Below are positions 19,607-29,654 of a stretch of DNA of 64,000 nt, in pieces (positions within the stretch are counted from its first letter, which is position 1; each line of letters starts with the position of its first letter). The notes beneath the pieces were generated by a model. That model made no database searches, had not been told where the DNA came from, and worked only from the letters and a program-made list of their open reading frames with translations. Made by a program: the position numbers and the translations under genes. This DNA is from Candidatus Hydrogenedens sp. (GTDB lineage Bacteria; Hydrogenedentota; Hydrogenedentia; Hydrogenedentales; JAEUWI01): contig WGMK01000010.1 of the NCBI GenBank assembly GCA_016125095.1, positions 331,336 to 395,335 on the forward strand. Direction: 5' to 3'.

Positions 19607-20404
19607 ATGTCCAAACCACGCTGTTTACTCGCCGCGCTCGTCGCGGCGGCAATCGTTCCCGCGTTGAGCGCTTCGGCGGCCGAGCCGATTGCCTTGTTCG
19701 ATGGGACCAGCCTCGACGCCTTCTATACCTTCATCAAGGATCGTGGCCGGGATGACGACCCCAAGGGCGTCTTTTCCATGAAGGACGGCGAGCTGGTCAT
19801 CACCGGCGAAGAGTGGGGCTGCGTGACGACGAAGGAATCCTTCGGCGACTATCACCTTGTGGCGGAATTCCGCTGGGCGGGCCCGGCGCACGGCGACCGG
19901 AAGGACAAGGCCCGCGACAACGGGCTGCTCATCCATTCGCAGGGCGAAGACGGCGCCTACAGCGGCACGTGGATGTATGGCATCGAAGTGCAGATTATCG
20001 AGGGCGGCACAGGCGATTTCCTCGTGGTGGCCGACGGACGGCCCGAGTTCGCCCTGACCGCGCCCGTGAAAGACGAACAGGATTCCGGCTGCTGGGTCTA
20101 CGATCCCGAAGGCCATCTCGAGACCATCCATAAAGGCCGCATCAACTGGTGGGGCCGGGACCCCGCCTGGACCGACACCATCGACTACCGCGGTCCGCAG
20201 GACGTCGAGAAACCCGTCGGCGAATGGAACCGGCTCGAAGTCATCGCCCTCGGCCGCACCGTCACCGTGGTGCTCAACGGCACCCTCGTCAACCAGGCCG
20301 TCGACGTGCTCCCCCGCGAAGGCCGCATCCAGATACAAAGCGAAGGCGCTGAAATCCGCTACCGCAAAATCGAACTCACCCCCCTTGCCACTCCCGAGAA
20401 GTAG
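19607..20404 (+). CDS. Secreted DUF1080 (3-keto-disaccharide hydrolase-like) protein
   Basis: Signal peptide; LFDG; DNGLLIH; EVQI; GEWNRLEV; GRIQIQSEGAEIRYRKI; GGAGG RBS. Confidence 0.85.
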   Translation: MSKPRCLLAALVAAAIVPALSASAAEPIALFDGTSLDAFYTFIKDRGRDDDPKGVFSMKDGELVITGEEWGCVTTKESFGDYHLVAEFRWAGPAHGDRKDKARDNGLLIHSQGEDGAYSGTWMYGIEVQIIEGGTGDFLVVADGRPEFALTAPVKDEQDSGCWVYDPEGHLETIHKGRINWWGRDPAWTDTIDYRGPQDVEKPVGEWNRLEVIALGRTVTVVLNGTLVNQAVDVLPREGRIQIQSEGAEIRYRKIELTPLATPEK

Positions 20405-20444
20405 GCGTCGCTCGTTCGCGGCTTCGCGAATGCGTCCGATCAAT

Positions 20445-20516
20445 GTAGGTCGGGGTTCTACCCCGGCAAAATCCGCAGCACACGCGCCAAGATGCCGGGA
20501 TAGAATCCCGGCCAAC
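20445..20516. repeat. Inverted pair of GTAG-type REP-like palindromes (family B)
   Basis: gtaggtcggggttctaccccggc (20445-20467) and an inverted copy at 20494-20516 (19/23 identical); degenerate core cggggtagaatcccc at 2482-2496. Confidence 0.6.
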
Positions 20517-20574
20517 GGGAATGCCGCGCCGGGAGCGCCGTTTTCCATAGCGGCTCTTCACTCGATTGCGCCGC

Positions 20575-20613
20575 CTTCGTATCAAGGTGGCTCGCGCGTA
20601 CGCTCGCCCTACC
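20575..20613 (-). repeat. GTAG-type REP-like element (family A)
   Basis: Reverse complement is 36/39 identical to 33649-33687. Confidence 0.75.
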
Positions 20614-20620
20614 TTACTTA

Positions 20621-23600
20621 TCAGTGGTGACCGGCCTTGCCTTCCCAGTGCTGGGGAATCAGCCAGGGCTCATTGTTGAGCGATTGGAGGAAGGTGAGGA
20701 GGTCGATGAGTTCCTCGTCGGTGAAGGCGGCGTCGAGGCCTTCGGGCATGATGGATACTGCGGCGGGCTGCATGTTGCGCACGTCGCTGCGGGGGATGTG
20801 GCGCACCTCGTTCACGCCGGGCGCGATGGTGATGGTGTCGGCGGTCTGCTGCAGGATGATGCCGACGTAGGTCTCGAATTCGAGGTCGATCTGATAGGGC
20901 ACGAAATCGGGCACCATGCTGGCGCTGGGAAACAGGACCGACTCGATAAGGTCGTGGGCGGACCGCACGAGGCCGATGGTCGTCAGGTCGGGCCCGAGAT
21001 GGCCGCCGTCTTCGCCCACGGCGTGGCATTGCGAACACTGCGCCTTCTCGCTGAAGAAGAGTTCGCGGCCGCGTCCGACGTCGCCCGTGCCGAGGCGCGG
21101 GGTGAGCGCCAGCAGCCGCTGCACGCTGCCCTCGGCGCGCTGCGCCATCTGGCTTTCCAGCGCCGCCGCGCGTTGCCGGGTCTCTTCCGGGTAGCCCTTC
21201 AGGGCGTTTTCGATCTGCGTCATCGACAACAGGTCCAGCACATTCGTGTGTTCCTGCAGGGCCGCCACGAGGGCATCGCCCGCTGCGGCATCCGAGCCGC
21301 GCACGACACAGGCCAGCACGGTGGAGAGCGCCAGCGGGTCGGCCTGCGGCAGTTGCGTTTCAATCAGGGCTAGCAGGGTGGGCGTGTCGAGCGCAGCGGC
21401 GGTGAGCACGCTCGAGGCCGCCCGTCGCACCAGCGCGTCTCCGCCGGGACTCAATCGGTCGGCGGCAAACGTGATGCGTGCGTCGGACAGCGCGCCGTCT
21501 TCCTGTGCAATTACGGCCAAAGCCGCAAGGCGCAGCATGTCGCTTTCCGTCTTGTCGCCGGCGATGGCGTTCAGGTCCTTGCCAAACCCGTCGAAGCCGC
21601 GCGCCTGGATGACGCGGATGGCCCCGGCGCGGATGTCGGCGTCGGCGCTGTGCAGTCCGTCTTCGAGCGCTTCGCGCCATGCGGCGGAAAGACTGCCGCC
21701 CGCAGCCGATTCGATGCAGGTCAGCATGAGTTGGCGGACGCTGGCCACGGCCTTCTCGTCCGAAAGCAGCGCCGCGATTCGCGTTTCTCCGGCGTCGGTG
21801 GCGGCGTAGGCCAGCAGAATTTCCTGCAACGCCGCGCGTTCGGCATCGTCGGCGCTGCCGCTGCGGAGGCGGGCCTCGACGAAATCGAGTACGGCGTCGG
21901 CCCAATCCGAATGGCGCGAGGCCACCCAGAGTGCATCGGCGCGGAGACCCGGATCGCCGCTCTCGAGGAAGGGCAGTACCTGTTCCGCCGCGAGCTGCTG
22001 GTCGCCCAGCTGATCCAGCGCGATGAGCGCGGCCTTGCGGGTGGGCCAGGGGGCGTCGGAATTCAGCGCGGCGCGAAGCGATTCCTGCTCGCCCAGTTCA
22101 ATCAGCGCGTAGATAATCGCGTGTTCCTCGAAGCGGTCCGCCGACTTAGCGCTCGCTTCGAGCAGCGCGGGCACCCCGGCGGCATCGCCAATCTGACCGA
22201 GCGCCGTGGCCGCCGCCATGCGCTCCGCCGGAGACTCCGCGCGTAACTGTGACGACAACCCGGAGACTGCGGCCTCGCCGCCCATATCGCCCAGCAGCCG
22301 TGCCGCCAGCGACCGAACTTCCGCATCGGTATCGTGCAGCGCCTCGACGAAAGGTGCGGCATCGCCCTCCGGATTCAGGCGAAAAAGCCCCGACAGCGCC
22401 AGCAATTTCGCGGGCGTGCTCTGCGACTTCGCGATCACGCGGCGGAATGGTTCCGCTGATTCCGGACCGCGACGCAGCAGGACCTCCAGCGCTCGCGTCC
22501 GCACACGGAAACGCGGGTCTTCCAGCAGCGCGGCCAGTTGCGCGTTATCCACCTGCTCGAAATCTATCCGGCCGCCCCAGGGGTCGATTGCTGCCGGGGC
22601 GTCTTTCTTGCGGATACGGTAGATGCTGCCGCGCACATCGGGCTTGGCCACTCGGCTGATGGGACAGGCATCGACATACCACCCGCCCGTGTCGCTCACG
22701 AGGATGCTGCCGTCGGCGTCTTCGAGCACATCCGTCGGATAGAAGTCCGGACTCGACGAGATCAGGAAGTCCTCGTCCTCCGTGCGATACGTCGCGCCAT
22801 CGGCCACGACCTGGTGTCGCTGCACGCGGTGCGGGTTGAACTGCGCGCTGAACAGGCTGCCGGTGTAGTCCTCGCCGAAGCTCGACGCCTGATATTGCAG
22901 CAGGCCCGCCGGGGCGATGCGGGCGTACTTCGACATCACCGGCATCAGGCTGCCCGTGCGGATGAATTCAGCGGTGGATTCGTGCGGCTTGGGATACACG
23001 CCGCCCCAGACCCAGTGCATCAACGCGTCGCGCTGCCCCAGTTTGGGGTCGGTGAAATAGGTCATCGTGCCGACCAGCTGGCCGCCCGGCATGAACACCA
23101 GCTCGACCGGATTGTCGAAGCCGCCGCCCGCGAAGCGCTCGAGCTGCGTGCCGTCGGGCTGACACCGCCAGATGCGCGACGCCAGGCCCTCGAGCGTCTC
23201 GCCTTCCTTGGTCGTAATCTTGTAGCCGTGGCGTCCATGGGTCAGATACAGGCGGCCATCAGGCCCCAGGAACGGGCCGTGCAGGCTGGCCGTATTGAAA
23301 ACGTTCCAGCCGGTCAGCAGCACTTCGCGCTCGTCGGCTACGCCGTCGTGGTCCGTGTCGCGGAAGCGCACGAAGTCCGGCGGGCTGGCCACGTAGAGGG
23401 CGTCCTGATGCCAGAGTACGCCCATGGGCAGGCTCAGTTCCTCGGCGAACACCGTCTTGCGGTCGTATAAGCCGTCGCCATTGTCGTCGGTCAGCCGCAG
23501 GATTAGGCACTTCGGGTCCGCCGCCATTTCCTGGCCGGAGAGATCGAGTCCGGTCGATTCGGCAATAAAGAGATTACCCGTCTCGTCGAACTCCATGAAC

Positions 23601-23740
23601 ATCGGATACGACGAGAGCTCGGGGCCGGCCGCCCGCTCGACCACGAAGCCTTCGGGCACGGAAATCGTATCGAGCGTATCGGCGCCCGCGGCCGAAGCCG
23701 CCAGTGAAAGTAGCGCGCCTATCGTGCAGCAAAGTTTCAT
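20621..23740 (-). CDS. PVC-type membrane-bound dehydrogenase-like propeller / HEAT-repeat / cytochrome c protein
   Basis: Signal peptide; VPEGFVVE; DTDHDGVADER; HEAT-like repeats; GRELFF..CSQCH..LGPDLT; SIMPEGL..DLLTFL. Confidence 0.85.
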   Translation of the reverse strand: MKLCCTIGALLSLAASAAGADTLDTISVPEGFVVERAAGPELSSYPMFMEFDETGNLFIAESTGLDLSGQEMAADPKCLILRLTDDNGDGLYDRKTVFAEELSLPMGVLWHQDALYVASPPDFVRFRDTDHDGVADEREVLLTGWNVFNTASLHGPFLGPDGRLYLTHGRHGYKITTKEGETLEGLASRIWRCQPDGTQLERFAGGGFDNPVELVFMPGGQLVGTMTYFTDPKLGQRDALMHWVWGGVYPKPHESTAEFIRTGSLMPVMSKYARIAPAGLLQYQASSFGEDYTGSLFSAQFNPHRVQRHQVVADGATYRTEDEDFLISSSPDFYPTDVLEDADGSILVSDTGGWYVDACPISRVAKPDVRGSIYRIRKKDAPAAIDPWGGRIDFEQVDNAQLAALLEDPRFRVRTRALEVLLRRGPESAEPFRRVIAKSQSTPAKLLALSGLFRLNPEGDAAPFVEALHDTDAEVRSLAARLLGDMGGEAAVSGLSSQLRAESPAERMAAATALGQIGDAAGVPALLEASAKSADRFEEHAIIYALIELGEQESLRAALNSDAPWPTRKAALIALDQLGDQQLAAEQVLPFLESGDPGLRADALWVASRHSDWADAVLDFVEARLRSGSADDAERAALQEILLAYAATDAGETRIAALLSDEKAVASVRQLMLTCIESAAGGSLSAAWREALEDGLHSADADIRAGAIRVIQARGFDGFGKDLNAIAGDKTESDMLRLAALAVIAQEDGALSDARITFAADRLSPGGDALVRRAASSVLTAAALDTPTLLALIETQLPQADPLALSTVLACVVRGSDAAAGDALVAALQEHTNVLDLLSMTQIENALKGYPEETRQRAAALESQMAQRAEGSVQRLLALTPRLGTGDVGRGRELFFSEKAQCSQCHAVGEDGGHLGPDLTTIGLVRSAHDLIESVLFPSASMVPDFVPYQIDLEFETYVGIILQQTADTITIAPGVNEVRHIPRSDVRNMQPAAVSIMPEGLDAAFTDEELIDLLTFLQSLNNEPWLIPQHWEGKAGHH

Positions 23741-24813
23741 GCGGCTTGCTCCGGTTCCGGTTCAGCGTCGGGACCGCGCAGCGCCGGTCCGCCCAGCAGA
23801 AAGAAGACGAGCGTGCCGATGCCGAAGCCCAGCAATCCGCCCATCAACACATCGGACAGGAAATGCGCGACGGTATACACGCGTGACGCGGCCTGAAGCG
23901 CGCCGAGGCTGAGAATCGCCGTGCGGGATTTGCGCCCGCGCACCCACCAGAACAGCGGCGTAATCAGCGCGAAGGTGCCCGAGGTATGTCCGGAGGGATA
24001 CGAGTTGTTGCCCTTCAGCGTTTCCTCGGGGATGGCGCGCAGCACATCGTTCGAGGGCTGGTAGGAATCGCTCAAGGGCCGCGGCCGCGCGATCGATTCC
24101 TTGATGGTGTTGGTGACGAAGACATCGGTGATGATGGAGGCGAGCAGCACCAGCCAGAACACGCCGATGAAGCGGCCGATGCGCGCGTCGTCCATCTTCA
24201 GGAAGGCCGCAAGCGCGCCCGCATGCGCCACCAGCAGGGCAGGCAGCAGCAGATAGTTCGCCCCCGGCAGGCCATCGTTCCAGAAGAGCTTGTGCGTGGC
24301 CCACAGAACAATCAGCAGCACAATCTCCGCCACCATCACCCCGCCCACCCAGCGCTTCGGGTTGAGGTTCTTTAGCAACAGCGGCGGCACCGCGCCAATC
24401 AGGATAAGCACCGGAGCCAGCGAGCCCAATCCGATCACCAGCGGCGGCTTGGCCTTGTCGCCCACGGCCAGCGCCAGCAGGCCGATGACGCAGCCCCACA
24501 ACAGGCAGGTAATCAGGCTCCACCGAACGGCCCGGTCGCTCGACATCCGTACCAGGTTGTACAGCCCGATGGCTATCGCCAGGGAAACCAGGGGCAGCGC
24601 GATGATCAGGTTGCTGTAGTCGGTATAGGCCCGGAAGAATTCATCCACGCCCGGGACGTAGTTGTCCGGGTTCATCGCCGCCGAGAAGGCCATGTCGAGG
24701 TCGTGCACCCGCGGCATGACCCACAGCCCGAAACCCTGCACGACGGCCCAGATGACGGCCGTGCCTGCCGCGATGCCCCCGATGCGCGTACCGCGCGAAA
24801 CCCAAACGTTCAT
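23737..24813 (-). CDS. PAP2 family membrane phosphatase
   Basis: K..ARPRP, SYPSGH and SRVYTVAHFLSDV motifs; multiple TM helices; start moved to ATG 24813. Confidence 0.82.
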   Translation of the reverse strand: MNVWVSRGTRIGGIAAGTAVIWAVVQGFGLWVMPRVHDLDMAFSAAMNPDNYVPGVDEFFRAYTDYSNLIIALPLVSLAIAIGLYNLVRMSSDRAVRWSLITCLLWGCVIGLLALAVGDKAKPPLVIGLGSLAPVLILIGAVPPLLLKNLNPKRWVGGVMVAEIVLLIVLWATHKLFWNDGLPGANYLLLPALLVAHAGALAAFLKMDDARIGRFIGVFWLVLLASIITDVFVTNTIKESIARPRPLSDSYQPSNDVLRAIPEETLKGNNSYPSGHTSGTFALITPLFWWVRGRKSRTAILSLGALQAASRVYTVAHFLSDVLMGGLLGFGIGTLVFFLLGGPALRGPDAEPEPEQAA

Positions 24814-24963
24814 GCTGATTGCTCCCGCTACTGCTGAATCTTGCCTAGGCGGGGAGCATAGCAAATGGAACCGGCGGCGCGCGGCATCGCTCGGGTGTTC
24901 CGTCGCGCGGGGCAATCTGCTATCGTGGCGCAATTGTGTTAGCGCTTGGCGAGGACTACCACC

Positions 24964-26475
24964 ATGACCCTGGAAGAACGTGCGCGGCTGAGCCGACGTG
25001 CCGCATTTAAGACCGCCGCAGCAGCCGGCGCGGGCGCGCTGCTGTCGGGTGCCGCGCCGTCGGCCGATCCGGGCCTGCTCGCGCGCGAGAACCAGCGTCC
25101 GGGCACGACGGACTGGCAGCTGACCTATACCCGCGTGGAGCCGTCCACCCGGTACCGCTGCCCGTGGATCGAGGGTTTCGTGTCGCACGCCAGCATCGCC
25201 GCGGGCGAAGAGCTGCGCTTCATAGTCAGCACGAACCCCGCTGCACCCTTCACCATCGACCTCTACCGCATGGGCTATTACGGCGGGGCGGGGGCGCGGT
25301 ACCTGCGGACGCTAGGCCCCTTCGAGGGCGCCGTGCAGCCCGATCCGCCCGTGGGCGAGATGCGCCTGCGTGAATGCCGGTGGGAGCCCTGCGCCGCCAT
25401 CACCATTCCCGAGGACTGGCCGAGCGGCGTGTACCTCGGCAAGCTGTCGCTGGTGGAGGGCCGCTGCCAGAGCTACGTGATTTTCATCGTGCGCGACGAC
25501 CGCCCGGCGGACCTCGTGTTCCAATGCAGCGACAATACCTGGCAGGCCTACAACCGCTGGCCCGACAACTTCGCGCTATACGACAACGGCGAAACCAGCT
25601 GGGCGCTGAAGGACGGCATCAAGGTCAGCTACGACCGGCCCTACGGCAAGTACTGCCAGGTCGTCGATGCGCCGCTCTCGCAGGGCTCGGGCGAATTCCT
25701 GCTGTGGGAATTCCCGCTGGTGTACTGGCTAGAGCGCGAGGGCTACGACGTCACCTATTGCTCCAACCTCGACGTACACACCGGTGCGGCGGATCTGACG
25801 CGCGCCAAGGGCATGATATCGGTCGGGCACGACGAATACTGGAGTCAGGAGCAATACGACCGCGTGAAAGCTGCCATCGAGGCGGGCGTGAACATCGGTT
25901 TCTTTTCCGCCAATACCTGCTGCTGGGTGACCCCCGCGACGCCGGGCTCGGACGGCACCCCCAATCGCGTGTTGCGCCGCGCGGGCAGCTTCGGGCCGTT
26001 GTCCGAGCGGGACATCGCCTACGGCATGGGACCGTTCGAGATTACCGGCCCCGGCGAGGAGTGGCTGATCGGCGCGCAGACGATTAATCCTTTCAATGGC
26101 TCCGCCGACTGGACCGTGACGCGGCCGGACTGCTGGATATTCGAGGGCACGGGCATGAAGGCGGGCGACGGCATTCCGGGGCTCGTGGGCTGGGAATTCC
26201 ATGGCCTTCCGGCGGACATTCCCGGCCTGGAGATCGTGGCCGAGGGCGATGCCATCAACGCGGGCGGCGATTCGGCGCATTGGACCGCGACGCTGTATCC
26301 GGGCCCGAAAGACAACTGGGTGTTCAATGCCTCAACCATCTATTGGGCGCAAGGGCTGAGCAGTCCTCCGGGGCATGTGCTGCCCTACGCGCACTACGGC
26401 CGCCCGCATGGTCCCGACGCCCGAGCGCAGCGCATCACGAAAAACATTCTCGACCGATTCATCGGCAAGACCTGA
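24964..26475 (+). CDS. Tat-exported N,N-dimethylformamidase large (beta) subunit-like protein
   Basis: SRRAAFK signal; EN..PG; IDLYRMGYYGG; WPSGVY; TWQAYN; VSYDRPY; GHDEYWS. Confidence 0.75.
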   Translation: MTLEERARLSRRAAFKTAAAAGAGALLSGAAPSADPGLLARENQRPGTTDWQLTYTRVEPSTRYRCPWIEGFVSHASIAAGEELRFIVSTNPAAPFTIDLYRMGYYGGAGARYLRTLGPFEGAVQPDPPVGEMRLRECRWEPCAAITIPEDWPSGVYLGKLSLVEGRCQSYVIFIVRDDRPADLVFQCSDNTWQAYNRWPDNFALYDNGETSWALKDGIKVSYDRPYGKYCQVVDAPLSQGSGEFLLWEFPLVYWLEREGYDVTYCSNLDVHTGAADLTRAKGMISVGHDEYWSQEQYDRVKAAIEAGVNIGFFSANTCCWVTPATPGSDGTPNRVLRRAGSFGPLSERDIAYGMGPFEITGPGEEWLIGAQTINPFNGSADWTVTRPDCWIFEGTGMKAGDGIPGLVGWEFHGLPADIPGLEIVAEGDAINAGGDSAHWTATLYPGPKDNWVFNASTIYWAQGLSSPPGHVLPYAHYGRPHGPDARAQRITKNILDRFIGKT

Positions 26476-26490
26476 GCGAGGGAGCACGGG

Positions 26491-27489
26491 ATGAAGTCCA
26501 CTTGGAAACACGTTCTGGCCGCATCGGCCATCGCTATGTTCACGGCGCTGCCCGCCCGCGCGGAGGAGCCGATCAAGGTCGGCATCATCGGCCTCGATAC
26601 GTCGCATGTGACGGCATTCACGGAGCTGCTGAACAACCCGGACAACGCGAAACACGTGCCCGGTGCCAAGGTGGTGGCGGCCTACCAGGGCGGCAGCGAC
26701 GACATCGAGTCGAGCTATTCGCGCGTGGAGGGCTACACCAGGACGCTACAGGAAGACTACGGCGTCGAGATTGTCCCGACGATCGAAGACCTCTGCGCGA
26801 AGGTGGACGCGGTGCTGCTGGAAAGCGTGGATGGCCGACCGCATCTGGAGCAGGCGCGTCCGGTATTCGAAGCGGGCAAGCGCGTGTTTATCGACAAGCC
26901 TGTCGCAGGATCGCTCAAGGATGCCATCGAAATTTACCGGCTGGGCAAGCTGCACGGCGTGCCCTGGTTCAGTTCTTCGTCCTACCGCTTTTACGACAGC
27001 ATGACCGCGCTGATGCAGCAGGACGTGGGGGACATCAAGGGCGCGATTTCCTTCGGTCCGGCCACCTACGAGGAGCACCACCCGGACTTGTTCTGGTATG
27101 GCGTGCATCCGACCGAGGCGCTCTTTACGGCGCTCGGCCGCGGCTGCGAATCGGTGGTGCGGACGACGACCGAAGACACCGACGTCGTGACCGGCGTGTG
27201 GAGCGGGGGACGCGTCGGCACGTTGCGCGGACTGCGCAACGCCGCCACTCCGCATGGCGTGATTCTGTTCGGGGCCAAGGCCGTCGCGCATCAGGAAGAC
27301 AGCGGAGACTATGCGCCCCTGGTAGCCGAAATCGTGAAGTTCTTCCAGACCGGGGTTGCGCCCGTTTCGCCCGAAGAGACCATCGAGATCTTCGCGTTCA
27401 TGGAGGCCGCCGACGAGAGCAAACGCCAGGGCGGCGCCGTGGTGACCATCGCGGACGTGATGAAGGCAAACGGCGGCCCGCTGGAATAA
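26491..27489 (+). CDS. Secreted Gfo/Idh/MocA family oxidoreductase
   Basis: Signal peptide; IKVGIIGLDTSH; DGRPHLEQ; FIDKP; WYGVH. Confidence 0.82.
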   Translation: MKSTWKHVLAASAIAMFTALPARAEEPIKVGIIGLDTSHVTAFTELLNNPDNAKHVPGAKVVAAYQGGSDDIESSYSRVEGYTRTLQEDYGVEIVPTIEDLCAKVDAVLLESVDGRPHLEQARPVFEAGKRVFIDKPVAGSLKDAIEIYRLGKLHGVPWFSSSSYRFYDSMTALMQQDVGDIKGAISFGPATYEEHHPDLFWYGVHPTEALFTALGRGCESVVRTTTEDTDVVTGVWSGGRVGTLRGLRNAATPHGVILFGAKAVAHQEDSGDYAPLVAEIVKFFQTGVAPVSPEETIEIFAFMEAADESKRQGGAVVTIADVMKANGGPLE

Positions 27490-27576
27490 CTTGCTTTAGA
27501 GTAACCGCATTTACCGAAAACGATCCCAGACAAACTTGATGTCGAGCGTCGAGTAAGGAAAAACATCTACCATCTT

Positions 27577-27674
27577 CGTCATTGCGAGGAGCGAGTCTTC
27601 GAGCGACGCGGCAACCTCCTTTTAGTGGGATGCCGATGCGCCAACGAGATTGCCGCGCTTCGCTCGCAAGGACG
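27577..27674. repeat. Intergenic palindromic element (GTCATTGCGAG...CTCGCAAnGAC type)
   Basis: cgtcattgcgaggagcg..gcgacgcggcaacctc pairs with gagattgccgcgcttcgctcgcaaggacg. Confidence 0.6.
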
Positions 27675-27689
27675 GAACGAGAGGTCGCC

Positions 27690-29051
27690 ATGAAAGTACT
27701 ATCTGCATTGCTCCTTGCAACCTCCGTACTGCTCTCTTCGGCCTACGCCGCGCCGCCCATGCGGGTGGCCGTGTTTCAGGCCGACGTGACGCCGCCCGTG
27801 GGCACGCCCCTCTGCGCGGGCGGGGTATTGCCGGCGCAGCGTATCAATGATCCCCTGAGCGCGCGCGGCATCGCGTTGCTGCCCGAGGGCGAAGCGCCCA
27901 TCGTGCTCTGCGCGGTGGACTGGGTGGGCATCGCCAATGGCGCGCACGATGCCTGGCGCGATGCCCTGGCCGAGGCCGCCGGCACGACGCGTGAACGGGT
28001 GGCCGTGCATACGCTGCATCAGCACGACGCGCCCTACGCCGACACGACGACCGAGGCGCTGGTGGAGGCAGTGGGCCTGGGCAGCCGCATGTACGATCCG
28101 CGTTTCGAGGCGAAGGCCCGGACCCGGACGGCGGAGGCCCTGAAGGCGTCGCTGGACGAGGCGCGAACCGTCACGGCGTTTTCAATCGGGCAGGCCGATG
28201 TGGAGAAGGTGGCGAGCAACCGCCGCATTCTCGGGGAGGACGGCAAGGTGCGGGCCGTGCGCTGGACGGCGACCACCGACCCCGCCATCCGCGCGGAGCC
28301 GGAAGGGGTCATCGACCCCAAGGTGAGGGCCATCGGGCTTTGGGACGGCGACGACTTGATCGTGGTGCTCACGTACTACGCGACGCACCCGCAGAGTTAC
28401 TACAACACGGGCTCGGTGAGCGCGGACTTCGTGGGCATGGCGCGCGATGCACGGGCCGAGGCGGACGGCGTGCCGCATGTGCATTTCAACGGGGCGTCGG
28501 GCAACATCGGCGCGGGCAAATACAACGACGGTTCGCCGGAGAACCGGCCCGTGCTGGCGGGGCGCCTGGCCGACGGCATGCAGCGCGCCTGGGAATCGGC
28601 CCAGCGCTACGACCTGAACGCAGACACGGCCTTCGGCTGGAAGTCGCTCGATGTGGATCTGCCGCGTCGCTCGGAGGTGAAACTCGAGGCCGAACGCGCG
28701 ACGCTGGCAAACCCGGAGGCAGACTCGAATCTCCGTATGCAGGCCGGCCGCGAGATAGCGTGGATGGAGCGCAAGGCGGAGCACCCGATTCAGTTGTCTT
28801 GCCTGACCCTCGGCCCGGCGCGTCTCGTGCAGATGCCCGGAGAGCTTTTCATCGAGTACCAGTTGGAAGCGCAGGCCATGCTGCCGGACAATTTCGTCGC
28901 GATGGCCGCCTACGGCGACTACGGTCCGGGCTACATCGGCACCGCTATATCCTACGAACAAGGCGGCTACGAGACCGGCATATATACCAGCCGCACCGAT
29001 CCCGAAGTCGAAACCGTACTGCACAACGCGCTGGAGACCCTGCTCAAGTAG
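27690..29051 (+). CDS. Secreted hypothetical protein, neutral ceramidase-like superfamily
   Basis: Signal peptide; DVTPP; DPLSARG; HTLHQHDAP; YATHP; MPGELF; start moved to ATG 27690. Confidence 0.6.
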   Translation: MKVLSALLLATSVLLSSAYAAPPMRVAVFQADVTPPVGTPLCAGGVLPAQRINDPLSARGIALLPEGEAPIVLCAVDWVGIANGAHDAWRDALAEAAGTTRERVAVHTLHQHDAPYADTTTEALVEAVGLGSRMYDPRFEAKARTRTAEALKASLDEARTVTAFSIGQADVEKVASNRRILGEDGKVRAVRWTATTDPAIRAEPEGVIDPKVRAIGLWDGDDLIVVLTYYATHPQSYYNTGSVSADFVGMARDARAEADGVPHVHFNGASGNIGAGKYNDGSPENRPVLAGRLADGMQRAWESAQRYDLNADTAFGWKSLDVDLPRRSEVKLEAERATLANPEADSNLRMQAGREIAWMERKAEHPIQLSCLTLGPARLVQMPGELFIEYQLEAQAMLPDNFVAMAAYGDYGPGYIGTAISYEQGGYETGIYTSRTDPEVETVLHNALETLLK

Positions 29052-29057
29052 CGGGGC

Positions 29058-29654
29058 TTAGGCGTCCCCCACCATGCACACGAGGCAGGAGCGGGGGCCC
29101 TGCGCGCCAATAACGAGGCATTGGGCGATGTCGGAGGTCTTGGAGGGACCGGCGATAAAATAGCCCGAGGTGTCGCCGCGCTGGGCGAGGCGGGCGTAGG
29201 CTTCGTGCATGGTCGGCAGGAGGGCATCGCGCCGGACAATGAGCACGAGGTGCTCGGCGAGGTAGAGCAGCGAACGGTGCGGCACGGCCCCGGCGGGCAC
29301 CCACACGGCGGCGTTTTCCGCCACGCATTCGCAGCCGTCCACGATGGCCAAATCGAGGTGCTGCAGCGCGGCGGTATCGGTAAACGCGGCCTCGGGCAGC
29401 GAGGTGGGCACGGCTGCGGGGTTCGTGGAATACACGGACCGCTCCGCAAGATCCGGCCAGCGGGCGGAGAGTAGTGGGGCTAGCTCCTCTACACTCCGCA
29501 GCACGGCCAGTTCGCCGCCGCAGGCCTTCAGCCGGAACTCGAAAGACTCCAGCAAGTCGGCCGCCGGGGCGTCGGGCGTGTACATAGCAGGCGCTTCGAC
29601 GCCTCCGGGCGCGGCCTCGCGCAGCGCCTTCAGTATGGTATCGCGGCTGCTCAC
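29058..29654 (-). CDS. lutC: Lactate utilization protein C (LUD domain)
   Basis: SSRDTIL; VAENAAVW; FIAGPSKTSDI..LVIGAQGP; GTG start overlaps lutB stop. Confidence 0.85.
   Translation of the reverse strand: MSSRDTILKALREAAPGGVEAPAMYTPDAPAADLLESFEFRLKACGGELAVLRSVEELAPLLSARWPDLAERSVYSTNPAAVPTSLPEAAFTDTAALQHLDLAIVDGCECVAENAAVWVPAGAVPHRSLLYLAEHLVLIVRRDALLPTMHEAYARLAQRGDTSGYFIAGPSKTSDIAQCLVIGAQGPRSCLVCMVGDA

Noticed and set aside
20405..20620. Possible CRISPR array
   Set aside because: The repeats are inverted palindromes without regular spacers, and no cas genes are present in the window.
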